From Prorocentrum cordatum (Eukaryota): a DNA stretch of 64,000 nt. Below, one piece after another: positions 37,398-50,153 of the stretch. The position numbers were made by a program, and so were the translations under genes. Position 1 is the stretch's first letter. Each line of letters starts with the position of its first letter. The notes below the pieces were generated by a model that was not told the origin of the DNA, did no database searches, and saw only the letters and a list, made by a program, of their open reading frames with translations. The stretch is taken from NCBI GenBank assembly GCA_963575745.1, contig CAUYUJ010000203.1, forward strand, positions 434,001-498,000. Reading direction: 5' to 3'.

Positions 37398-37931
37398 GCA
37401 TGAGTAAAATGAGTATGATGATGCTGATGACGATAATAACGGTGATAATGATGATATTGATGATGATATTGATGTTGATGACGGTGTTGGCGGTGCTGGT
37501 GGTGGTGATGAGGATGCCGCTACTGCTGCAGCTGCTGCTGCTGATGGTGACGGCGACGACGGCGGCGACGGTGACGATACTGGTAACGACGATGATGGGG
37601 CTGATGATGCTGACGAGGATGATGATGGTGATGATGATGATGATGATGATGATGACGGCGACGACGACGGCTACAACGACGATGCTGATGATGATGCTGT
37701 CGCTGAGTACGATGATGACGACGACGATGACGATGATGATGCTGATGCTGCTGATGCTGTTGATAATGATGATGCTGATGTTGATGCTGATGTTGATGAT
37801 GGTAATGATGATGATCATGATGGTAATGGTGATGGTGATGCTGCTGATGCTGATGATGAGGCTGATGATGCTGCTGATGATGACGATGATGATGCTGATG
37901 ATGATGATGACGATGCTGATGATGATGATGC

Positions 37932-37978
<47 letters not shown>

Positions 37979-37980
37979 CG
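36892..37980. repeat. (GAT)n degenerate microsatellite
   Basis: Direct reading. Confidence 0.95.
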
Positions 37981-38599
37981 GCTGCTGACGAGGCGCAACA
38001 TTGACTCCTCCTCGTCCCTCCTCGTCCGCGCCATCCTCACTCCGTCCCCCGTGCCGACCTGTATCTCCCTCTCCACTCGCCCTTCCCCCTCGACGACTTG
38101 GCGGGGAGATCGGGCACCTGCAGCCCCATCAACCCGCTCCCGCCAGCCGCGATCTCGCCCTGCAATCCATCCCTCCTCGACCCCCTGCCCTCGCCTTCCT
38201 ACCAGGGGGCGACGAGGCAGTCAAGCAATTACCTCCTCTCCTTCCTCCCTCCCTCCCTCCCTCCCTCCCTCATTCCTCCCTCCACGCTCCCTCCCTCCTC
38301 CTCCTCCTCCTCCTCCTCGTCCTCGTCCTCCTCCTCCTCCTCTCCTCCTCCTCCACCTCGTCCTCCCGTCCTGCTCCTCCACCCCCTCCCCCTCCTTGTC
38401 CATTTCTCGTCTCCTGGTGTCCCCCGAAGCTCACTCAACTTCCTCACGAACTCTGAGAGCACTCGCCAATGTTCCGTGCGGATGGTGCGAAGCCGCGACA
38501 TGGCCCAGATTAAAAGAGCCTCCTGTGCCAGCCTCGGGGGATGATGAGGACGAGGAGGAACAAGAGGATCGGGCAAAGGGCCACGAGGGTGGGTAAATC

Positions 38600-38728
38600 C
38601 TTGTGGGAGAAGGGGCACGTCGTGGCGGCGGCCTCGGACGCCGCGACGACGTCTATGGCCGAGGGCTCGGACTTCAGGGCGAGCACCGTGCTGCCGGACA
38701 CGGCGAAGGGAAGGTAGCCGCCGTCCAC
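38600..38728 (-). CDS. Exon (VDGGYLPFAVSGSTVLALKSEPSAIDVVAASEAAATTCPFSHK)
   Basis: AAG|G acceptor, AAG|GA donor; completes GWLKVDGGYLP. Confidence 0.75.
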
Positions 38729-39566
38729 CTTCGACTCTGCCGCTGCTCACTCCCCTCGGCTGCTGCTGCTGCTCAAACGCCCCGGGCCGTCCTTTGGTTG
38801 GGCCACCGAGTCCGCAAGGGGTGCTCTTGGGCCCAAGCTCGACCTGGTCTCGGCGCCTGTGGCGCCCAGGAAATTTGAACGCCCGACATGGGTACGGCAA
38901 AAATGGGTGCGCTGTTCAACAGCAAATGTTCTCAAACCGACAACGGCCGCTGTTGGGCAGTCGGCCTTGCTTCAAATGGACAACGTCCGCCGCGATATCA
39001 GCAGCGAGTCCTGCTCAAAATGAGCAGGAACTGCTGTCGGGCTTTGCACCTATTCTTCCCGTGACAATGTCAATCTTGTCCAGGAGAAAGCAGAATGGCA
39101 CGGTGTCGTCTGCTTGAGTCCTCACTCTCCCTTCTCTCCTCGCTCCTCCCCTCCTCCGTCCTCACTCATACCGGTCTCGCAAGCAGGCCGGGATTGGCCG
39201 AGCCCCTTCACTCTCCGGCCTGACCAGGGCCCCTGGAGCCCCCACCGGCAAACCAGGCGTTCCGCTCCTACTGCTCCTGATCTTCTGCGTCCTTGGCCTT
39301 CTCCTCCTCCTCCTCCTCCTACTTTTCCTCCTAGTCCTCCTCCTCCTCTTCTCCCTCCTCCTCCTCCTCCTCCTCCTCCTCCTCCTCCTGCTCCTCTCCC
39401 TCCTCGTCATCCTCCTCTCCCTCCTCGTCATCATTATCCTCCGCCTCCTCCTCCTCCTCCTCCTCCTCCTCCTCTCCTCCTCCCTTCCTCTTCCGCCTCC
39501 TCCTCTTCCTCCGCTCCCCCTCTGCGCGCACACTCCTGGCCCTGAGTGGAAATCGTGAGCATGGAC

Positions 39567-39638
39567 CTTGAGCCAGCCGTCTCCCTCGTCGAGGCCGCTG
39601 ATTATGGAGCCCCAGGCCAACGGCTTCATGGTGTCGTC
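39567..39638 (-). CDS. Exon (DDTMKPLAWGSIISGLDEGDGWLK)
   Basis: CAG|G acceptor, AAG|GT donor; WG...G.DEGDGWL motif. Confidence 0.78.
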
Positions 39639-41732
39639 CTGGGGTGAACACAATGTTGAGGAGGACCAGCGAGAGGGGAGGGCCAGTATAGGGATGAGGA
39701 GCAGGATGAGGAGGACGCGCAAGAACTAGAGGATGAGGATCAGCGCGAGGATGAGAGCGGATGCGCGAGGTCAGAGCAACGACTCCAACCATCGCACGGC
39801 ATGGCATGCGCAAACGCCCGCCGCTGCGGATCAGAGCGGGGGGCTGCGCCAAGGGCGGTACGCCCCCGCACTCCCCCCCCCGCACGATCCTCTCCGTATG
39901 TCCCCCCCTTCCACCCCCCCGAGTTTATTCCTCTGTGTCATCCCCTCGTATGGCCCTGCCGTACGGTCCGCGCGCGCGCCGGCCCTCCCGCGCGCGCGCG
40001 GACCTCCCGCGCGCGCGCGGACCTCCCGCGCGCGCGCCGCCGTGCCGGGCCCTCCCGCGCGCGCGCCGATGGACACCACGTGTGACTCCAGCAGCAGCCA
40101 GGCTCCCCCCTGCCATACACCTTCCGGCGAGCCTGCGGGCTCGAGTCCCAGGGCGCACCTCCCCGGCCACTCCCCCCCCGCAACATCGCCTTGGTAGAGG
40201 AAGAAAAAACCATAACCTAAACTTTTGGCGCTCCGCGCGGATTTCTTGGATCTGCGCTGGACCCCCCTCCCTGGCGCGCGGAGAGCGCCAGGGGCGGCGC
40301 CGGAGGTGCCGCCAGGGGGGCCAACGCGCGGATCCGAGAAATCCGCGCGGAGCGCCCAAAGTTCATGTCCATGCCGTTGTTTCACAGTTGGAGTCTGGGG
40401 CGCTCGTGGTGAGCATTGGCCTCCCGAGGACCCCTCTGGGGGGTCGCGGCCTGCCGCTGGCGCCCCGCGGCCCGCTTCGGGCCTGCAGCGGCGGACCGGA
40501 CGCCAGGCTCCCATCTCCAGCTGCGTGGGTCATCCCCCCTCTCCTCAAATGCCCCGAGGTCGAGGCTACGGGCCCGAGTGCTCTACGTCGCGTGCATGTG
40601 AGCGTTCCTGGAAAGCTCACAGGTCCGAGACGTGGAGCACGGTGAAGGTGAAGTCGTTGGGAGGAACATGAACCGTCAGAGTGCACTCCTTGCAGAGCGC
40701 ATTCACCGTACGCGGGCCTTGAACGTCCCTCTTGGGCCACTAGTATTCGGACCCGCAGGCTTGCCCGAGACGCGCATTGCAATTACCAACAGCACATTGT
40801 CATGGTCACAGCTCTCACCTGGCGATGGTGAGCCGACATAGCAGGCGACAGCCGCTGCCCAGGTCTTGCCGTGCCGTGCCTTCCCCCCCCCCCCTCATCC
40901 TCCGATGTAATATTTCTATCATCCCCTTCCTTTCTCCGCGTCGCGCTCCTAGTCCTCCTTCCTGCTCTCGTGCTCATGTCCAACTCTCCACGTGGTCATC
41001 CTTGTTCGTACCATGTTCCTGCTCATCAGCCCTCTCCCTCCTCCTCGACCTTATCATTGTAAGCGACAGGACACGCACTGCACATGCCACTTCAATAATG
41101 AGGTATGATTCGATATCCGACTCGATGAACGAAACGCACTGTGAGGGGATGGGCGGGGGGGAAGGTTTACGGATGTCGTGGGCGCACCTACCTTGCTTCC
41201 TCTCCTCTCCTCCACTCTTCTGCCTGCTCCCCTTACACACTGTGCGCTACACCCTTCTTTGCCCCCCCATTTCCCTGCCCCCCTTCCTCCCATCCTCGGA
41301 AAAATGGGGGTGGGGGAAGGAAGGGGGAAGAGGAGGGAAAGGAGGGGGAGGGGGAGAGGAGAGAGACGAGCAGAAGGCGGACTGACGGACTGACGGACCG
41401 ACGGACTGACTACGTCAGGTCGGGCGACCTGCTCGGCACTACGGCCGCAGCACGCAGCGCCGCGAGAGAGGAGCCTTCCTCCTGCCCGCAGTCGAGGTGC
41501 GAAAGGCACCAACCAAAACCGCAGCCCCAGAGGGCCGCGCACGGCCCCCAAGGGGCCCAAAGCCAGGAGGGCCAGGAGGGCCAGGGAACCCGCCCCAAAG
41601 GACCGAGACGAGCAGAAGGAGGCGGAGGAGGAAGAGGAGGAGGAGGAGGAGGAGGAGGAGGAGGACGACGACGAGGAGGACGAGGAGGAGGAGGAAGGCA
41701 GACCCCCCCCCTCTCCCCCTAGATTGCCCGTC

Positions 41733-41850
41733 CTTGTCGCTAAGGCTCTTGGTGAGGCGGTACGCGAGGCCGCCCACCTTCTTGCGCAGTTTCTCGTCGC
41801 TGGACTCCACCGTGTAGTACGCCCTCTCCTTGCTCGCGACCTTGACGGCC
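41733..41850 (-). CDS. Exon (AVKVASKERAYYTVESSDEKLRKKVGGLAYRLTKSLSDK), start of a small beta/SH3-like domain
   Basis: AAG|G acceptor, AAG|GA donor; reads through coherently into the next two exons. Confidence 0.75.
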
Positions 41851-43799
41851 CTTGCGGGGGGAGGGGGCAGGGAGGAGGAGGGAAGACGAGGAAGAGCACG
41901 AGGAGGAGCAGGAGGGGCTGGTCGGCCTTCCCCTACCTCCGCTCCCTTCCTGTGCCCCCGCCGCTGCCGGCCCTCGGGCGCTCTGTCCCCGCGTCGATTT
42001 CGAGCCCAGAACTCGGGCCTCCGTCGGGACGACTCGGACGCCCCCAGGAGCGCGTTCGGCGTGGCGCAGCTGCCGGAGAGCACCCCGAGGCCGCAGAGAG
42101 CCGCCAGGAACTCGCGAAGGCGTCGGACGACCTCGAACCCCCCCCTTCCCCTGCGATCCGACAGCGCTCAAAACATTCAAACATAGTGAAGCATCGCGAC
42201 CAGAGCCCTAGGCCCAATCTTTCTGTGCCAATTTTTCGAGCCCGATCGATCTGTGAGAATCCCCGAGGCCCGAAACCATGCGAAAACGCCGGGCTCGAAC
42301 GAATTGAGGCGACAGAGTCTCTGGGTCCTTCACATTCCCCTACTGGTGCCCCCGCCCCCCTCCTTCCCTGACATCCGCCGATGTGGTTTGTTGGATCTGT
42401 TTTTGGTAGCCCCAAGGACGGATAACTGACACCCGAGGCCGAAACTGAGAAAAAAAAAAAACGCCCAGACTGAAAAAAACCATCGTCGGAGGTCTGGGTT
42501 CACACTTCAAGCCAATCCTCACACCCCTCAGTGAACCTAGATCCGCTGCTCTTTGGTCGATTTTCCGCCTTGCAATTGTGTCGGACATTTTCCGTAAACG
42601 ATGCGGAACAGTAAAATGGAGTCTCCCGCCTTAGAAAAAGTAGAGTGGGCATTTCCGGAAAGAAGTATGGCGGAAACAGCGAGGGCAAAATACGGCGGAC
42701 GTCGGCAGCAGAGGAGCTTGAGAAGTGGGGCGGAAACTTCCGCCCTACTTGCGAAATTGCTACAGGTGCGGTGGAACCGCGGACCCAGAGACAGGGGCCC
42801 GCCTCTCCTCCCTCCATCCCTCCCTCCTCGCGGGGCAGACGACATGGGGGGATAGGGAAAACGGGGGTTACGAGATCAGCTGCGCGAGCTGATTCGATCA
42901 CCCCCCCTGTACTACCGCCCCACCCTTCGTCCGACCCGATCCTCTTCCCTCTCTGGATTTTTCTCGTCCTTGACATCCTGGGGGTGCGGGGCACAGATAG
43001 GGAGAGGACCGGCTCAGGCGGGAAAACATCGAGCTGGAATCGCCGATGCATCGCCTATGGATCGACGATATGCCCCCGATGGTGAATCCGCACGTGCCTG
43101 GGCAGTGTGGGGCTATTGGGCCCTAGTCAGTGTTGAATGGGTGATTGGGGGACGTTGCGTTCCCCCCTGGACCGTTTCTCCCTTATCTGGGCAGCGCGCA
43201 GAGGGGGGTAGGGGGAGGGGGGAGGGCTTCTTAGATGCACCCATCCTTCTTAGAAGGCGCGGGCCTCACATCTGTAGATCAGGCCCGCGTCTTCTAAGAA
43301 GCAAGTGTTCGGCGGTGGACAAACCTCCCTTCAGTAAACCTCCCCTCAGTGAAAACGGCCTGGGACCGAAACCGACGGACCTGGACCTGCAAAAATGACG
43401 GCCGCGACGCCCTCTCGCAAACCGAAAACGGCCAATTCCTTGATCGACGCTTCAGGGTAGGATTTTGCATCAACCTCCGAAGTGGGGTTCCAGGAAGCGT
43501 TCCCGCCTCCCCCTAACCCCACAGGGTCTTTTGACCCCCCCCCAATAGTGCGCAAATGAATGGTTGTCCCGCGGGCTTATTGACGGACTGGGACCCCAGC
43601 ATCAATTGGAAATATTATTTTCCGTGTGGAACTCGGGCCCCACGGGGAGGGAGGGAACCCGCGAGGACCGTGAGAAACTTCATCCTCGATTTATCCATCC
43701 TAAGGAAAATGCGCGACTGCCTAAGGAGAACGTAAGGACAACCTAGGAAAACCGAAAGACAACCTAAGGACAACCGAAGGAAAACCTAAGGAAAACCTT

Positions 43800-45200
43800 G
43801 TACTACGTGCCTTGCACGAACAGGCTCCGAAAACCTCCCCCGTGTAGGGTAACCCACGCGGGGTTGTTTTCCAAGAGAAAGAACCACCCACCAATACCCA
43901 GCACGGCGAACAATATCGGGATTCGAATCCTGGCCGAGCGGGCAGGGAGGGACTGATTGGACTGATGGGTCGGATTGGACTGATGGGGACTGATTCGGTT
44001 GATTGGCGCTAATTGGACTGGTTGGGCAGATGGGGACTGATGGGGACTGATTGGGTTGATGTGGACTGACTGAACATGAGCAGCGACCTGAGACGGAGGG
44101 ATCTTGACTACGTGCCTTGCACGAACAGGCTCCGCAAACCTCCCCCGTGTAGGGTAGCCCACGCGGGGTTGTTTTCCACGAGAAAGAACCACCCACCAAT
44201 ACCCAGCACGGCGACCAATAACGGGAATCGAATCCTGGCCGAGCGGGCAGGGAGGGACTGATTGGACTGATGGGTCAGATTGGACTGATGGGGACTGATC
44301 GGGTTGATTGGCATTGATTGGACTGATTGGAATGATGGGGACTGCTTGGGATGGTGGGGACTGATGGGGACTGACTGGATTGATTTGGACTGACTGATTC
44401 GAACAGCGATTCGAGACGGAGCGATCTTGTACTACGTGCCTTGCACGAACAGGCTCCGAAAACCTCCTCCGTGTAGGGTAGCCCGCGCGGGGTTGTTGTC
44501 CAAGAGAAAGAACCACCCACCAATACCCAGCACGGCGAACAATATCGGGAATCGAATCCTGGCCGAGCGGGCAGGGAGGGACTGATTGGACTGACGGGTC
44601 AGATTGGACTGATGGGGACCGATTCGGTTAATTGGCATTGATTGGACTGATTGGACTGATGGGGACTGCTTGGGGTGATGGGGACTGATGGGGACTGACT
44701 GGGTTGATGTGGACTGACTGACACTGAACAGCGATTCGAGACGGAGCGATCTTGTACTACGTGCCTTGCACGAACAGGCTCCGAAAACCTCCTCCGTGTA
44801 GGGTAGCCCACGCGGGGTTGTTTTCCAAGAGAAAGAACCACTCACCAATACCCAGCACGGCGAACAATATCGGGATTCGAATCCTGGCCGAGCGGGCAGG
44901 GAGGGACTGATTGGACTGGTGGGCCAGATTGGACTGATGGGAACTGATTTGGCTGATTGGCGCTAATTGGAAAGGTTGGGAAGATGGGGACTGATTGGGA
45001 TGATGGGGACTGATGGGGACTGACTGGGTTGATGTGGACTGACTGAACATGAGCAACGACCTGAGACGGAGCGATCTTGTACTACGCGCCTTGTACGGAC
45101 AGGCTCGGGAACCCCCCCCCGTGTGTGGTAGCCTACGCGAGGTTCTTTTCCAGGAGAGATAACCACCCACCAACAACCAACACGGCGAACCATAACGGGA
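43800..45200. repeat. About 310-325-bp tandem repeat, 4 full copies plus a partial one, with internal GACTGAT(T/G)GG subrepeats
   Basis: ACTACGTGCCTTGCACGAACAGGCTCCG recurs near 43802, 44107, 44431, 44755 and (diverged) 45081. Confidence 0.92.
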
Positions 45201-45227
45201 AAAAAATTCAAACTGATCGCTACGGCC

Positions 45228-46189
<962 letters not shown>

Positions 46190-46462
46190 AGTCCTCGTAG
46201 CTTGCGAGAGGTCCTCAGTCCTCGTAGCTTGCGGGAGGTCCTCAGTGGGGGGAGGGAGAGGGAGCGAGGGGGGAGGACGGGGGGAGGGGGGGGGAGGACG
46301 GGGGGGCGCGGAGTTTTATTCCCCGGAGAGAGAACCAGGGGGGAGGGGGGGGGCCCTTTTCTAAAGACCCTACCGGGTTACCCCCCCTTTGCGCGTGGCT
46401 GGCTGCCCCTGATAGGGGGCCTTGCCCGCCCTCGGACGGGTGTCAATTGAAGAGGCCCTGGG

Positions 46463-46498
<36 letters not shown>

Positions 46499-46825
46499 CA
46501 CACACACATACACACAAATACACACAAACAACAGGATTCCCTATATTTTCCCATATGTTCTGGGTTGTTGTCTTCCCCCCACTTCCCATATTTTCCCATA
46601 TTTTCCCAGGAATCGACGATTCAGTGTGTCTGTGTATGTTTTTCCCCTCCTGATGGTGATGGGAGTTGAAGTAAATGAGCGGTGAAGAAACAGGCCCCTT
46701 CACGGGCCCTCCAGGGCCCTCCAGGCCCCTGCTGGCTCCTTTCGGGCCCTTCTCTTCACCCCCCATTGAGGGCCCCCCCCCCGTTTCATCACCCACCCCA
46801 CCCCCCCTGGGCCCTGGGCCCCGGC

Positions 46826-46917
46826 CTCTTCCCCGTGCTGACGAGCTGCATCGCGCCAGGCGAGGCCCTCGTCTCCATGTCGGCCCCCTCGGCGACGGGG
46901 TCGCGGCGCGCCGCCCC
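46826..46917 (-). CDS. Exon (GAARRDPVAEGADMETRASPGAMQLVSTGK-R)
   Basis: GC donor in phase 2 matches the exon at 41850. The acceptor is ambiguous because of a local duplication. Confidence 0.55.
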
Positions 46918-48611
46918 CTCGGCGACGGGGGGCGCCAGCGGCGGGCGCGGGAGGGGGGCGGGAGGAGGAGGGGGGGGGAAGAGGAGGTAGGGTGGAGAGA
47001 GACCCAGAGGTCCAACGCATCGAAAACGTTTCGTCGTAGTTTTCGGCCTCTGGAGGCCCTCGCCAGCTCCGGGACCGCCAAGAGACGGCGCGGGATGGAA
47101 AGTTGGCCCTGGGGAGTGGGTCGGGACAGCCAGGACCCCGCATTGAGAAAATCAAGACGCCGCATGTATGGGGAGAGAGGAGGTGTGAGAGTGAGATGGA
47201 GGGAGAATGCGGCAGGATCGTGTCGTGACGACCCTAGCATTGGCCCCTGACACCGCGTGGATCGTTCCACCTTGACCGCTCGCCAGATCGTCCCATTTGG
47301 GCCGATTCTGTGACGGTGGCGGCGCTCAACCTTGAACGCCCGCGGCGGGGTCTCTGGCGCGTCGACACGGCGCGAACCTGCCGTGCAGGAAGATGGAGGA
47401 GAAGGCGGGTCTACATGTGCCTGTGCGTGCGGGCGGGCGTGTGCGCGTGCGCGCGTCTCGCTGTCGGTCGGCCTGCTCTGCGCCGCGCCGCTGCGCGCGT
47501 GGCCGCGACGGAACGCCAAAGCAAGTGCGCATGCGCGTGCGCGCGCTATCGCGGCGCTCTCCGCTAATGACATCAATCTCAAGACGCTTCCGATAGGTCA
47601 ACCGCTGATCAAACATGTCACTACCGAGAGTACTCATCTGACTGTAGGAGGATGGAGGAGAAGGCGGACGGGAGAGGAGCCGAGAGGAGGTGGGGGACAA
47701 TATGCCGTAGTCCAGGTTCGGAGTTAAGAGGGGGAGGGGAGTGGCGGGGAGGTGGGAGGGCGGGCAAGCAAGGGCGAGAGCGATGGATGCTCTGGAACAC
47801 CAACACCGACCGCCACGGAAACTCGGGCTCTCTTCGCTTCGCGGTGCTGACGCGGTAGTCTCTGGTTCGCCTCTGCTCCGCTCCGCCTCTGGTCCTGTCG
47901 TCAACGATGCTCGTGCGATGCTGCATCGTAGGCAATTTGGCCCAAAGAGCCCCTGGGGGGCGAAACGCGTACAGTCAACCCGCATCACGAAGATGCGCGG
48001 TAAGGATGCAGGGGCCTTGGAAGGCCACGTCGACACTTTGCAGGCGGGGCGCGGCCAGCGAAAGCGGCCGAGGAGGGGCCGAAGGAGTAGGATGCAGAGG
48101 TACCCTTGGGAAGGTTGCCCATCCTTACGCGGGCCGACTGTCGCCTCCTCTGCGCTTCGCCCGAGACTCGATCCGAAAAAACACGGGATCTTCTGCATGC
48201 CCGTGCACTTCCACGGGGGGGAGGACGGCGGGAGAGGGACTCCGGGGCCCTCCAGGTCTGCCTGGGTGGCCCCCGGGCGCCGCTGTCCCTCGGGGTGCGC
48301 ACGGTCGGCCGGAGGGGATCGGCAGCTTGGGGATCGTCTTCGGCACGCCCGTTTGCAGTCGGCCCGTATCATGAGGATGAGCCAAAAAGAATGGAAGAGC
48401 TTCGGACGCCCATGTCGAAGCTGTTCGAGAGGGGTGCGGCCAACGAAAGTGGCAAAGGATAGGCCGAGGAGGCAAGGACAAAATGGCACCCTCGGAAAAG
48501 TTGCCCAATCTTACCATGCGGGTCGACTGTACCTCCACAGTGGGAGAGAGGGCGGGTAAGGGCAGGAAATCGAAAAGGGCCGCCGCGGCGGGGTCGCGGA
48601 GCGTCGCGGGC

Positions 48612-48653
48612 CTGCGCAGAAGCGTTGGTCGACGACGCGTGGGCCCTGGTCTC
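48612..48653 (-). CDS. Exon (ETRAHASSTNASAQ)
   Basis: AG|G acceptor, CAG|GC donor, phase 0/0. Confidence 0.5.
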
Positions 48654-49364
48654 CTCTACGCGGCCCGAAAGGGGAGGGGCAGTCCGAGGATCTCTCTGCT
48701 CATCCTGCGTCCTCTTCCCCCCCGTTGTCGACGTCCTCCTCCTCCTCCTTCTCCTCCTCCTCCTCCTCCGCCTCCTCCTCCTTCTCCTCCCCCTCCTCCT
48801 CCTCCCCCATCCTTCTCCTCCTCCTCTCATTCACGCTTCCGCCCCCTTCCTTCGTCGTTCACTGTTTCCCCAGCAGAAATGACCAGGAAAGGCAGATCGT
48901 GAAATCCGCTGTCGCCCAGGACGGCTATCCTCCTGGGACCCCTTGGGGGCCGTTTGGAAAGCCTTGTCGGGGCCTCTTCTGGGCCGCTTGGGTGCCTCTT
49001 GGGGCTTGTTCGGGGCCGTTTTGGGGCTCTCTTGGGCCGTCTCGGGCGCCTCTTGGGCCGTCTTGGAGCCCTCTTGGGAAGTCGTGCGGGCCTCTGGCCA
49101 ACTTGGGGCGGTTTCGGGGGCGTCGTGGGCCGTTTTGGAGCGTCGGGAAGCCCAAAAGTCGCACGTGCTAAAAACGCACGCGTTCCAAAAAGAATGTGAC
49201 GGTGTTGGCCTCTTGGGGCCGTCTTGGGAGGCTACTTGGGGCTCACTTGGGGCGTCTGGGAAGCATCTTGGGCCGTCCTGGGGCCAACTGTGGCGCCTTG
49301 GAGTCCTGTTGGCCCGTGTGGAGGCCCTTTGGGCCGCCTTAGGGCCTCCAGGGGTACTCCTATA

Positions 49365-49628
49365 TTTATATGTGTGTAAATACATGTATACACCGATGTG
49401 TATGTATGTATGTGTGCGTGTATGTATGTATGTATGTATGTATGTATGTATCTATGTATGTATGTATGTATGCATGCATGCATACATGCATGCATGCATG
49501 CATGCATGCATGCATGCATATATGCATGTATGTATGTATGTATGTATGTATGTATGTATGTATGTATGTATGTATGTATGTATGTATGTATGTATGTGTA
49601 TATGTATGCATGTGTATATGTATGTCTG

Positions 49629-49697
<69 letters not shown>

Positions 49698-50153
49698 GTA
49701 TGTGTATGTATGCATGCATGCATGCATGCATGCATGCATGCAGGTATGTATGTATGTATGCATGCATGCATGTATGTATGTATGTATGTATGTATATATG
49801 CATGTATAGATGTATGTGTGCATGTATGTATGTATGTATGCATGTGTGTATGTATGTATGTATGTATGTATGTATGTATGTATGTCTGTATGTATGTATG
49901 CATGCATGCATGTATGTATGTATGTATGTATGTATGTATGTATGTTTGTATGTATGTATGTATGTATGTATGTATGTATGTTTGTATGTTTGTATGTATG
50001 TATGTATGTATGTATGTATGTATGTATGTATGTACATATATACATGCATATATGTGTATAAATATGTGTGAATATATACATATATATACATATATATTTA
50101 TATATGTATATATATGTGTATATGTATAGATGCATGCATGCATGCGTACATGC
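49365..50153. repeat. (TATG)n/(CATG)n/(TA)n compound microsatellite
   Basis: Direct reading. Confidence 0.97.

Noticed and set aside
39966..40066. (CG)n-rich repeats with Z-DNA potential
   Set aside because: A simple local minisatellite with no evidence of function.
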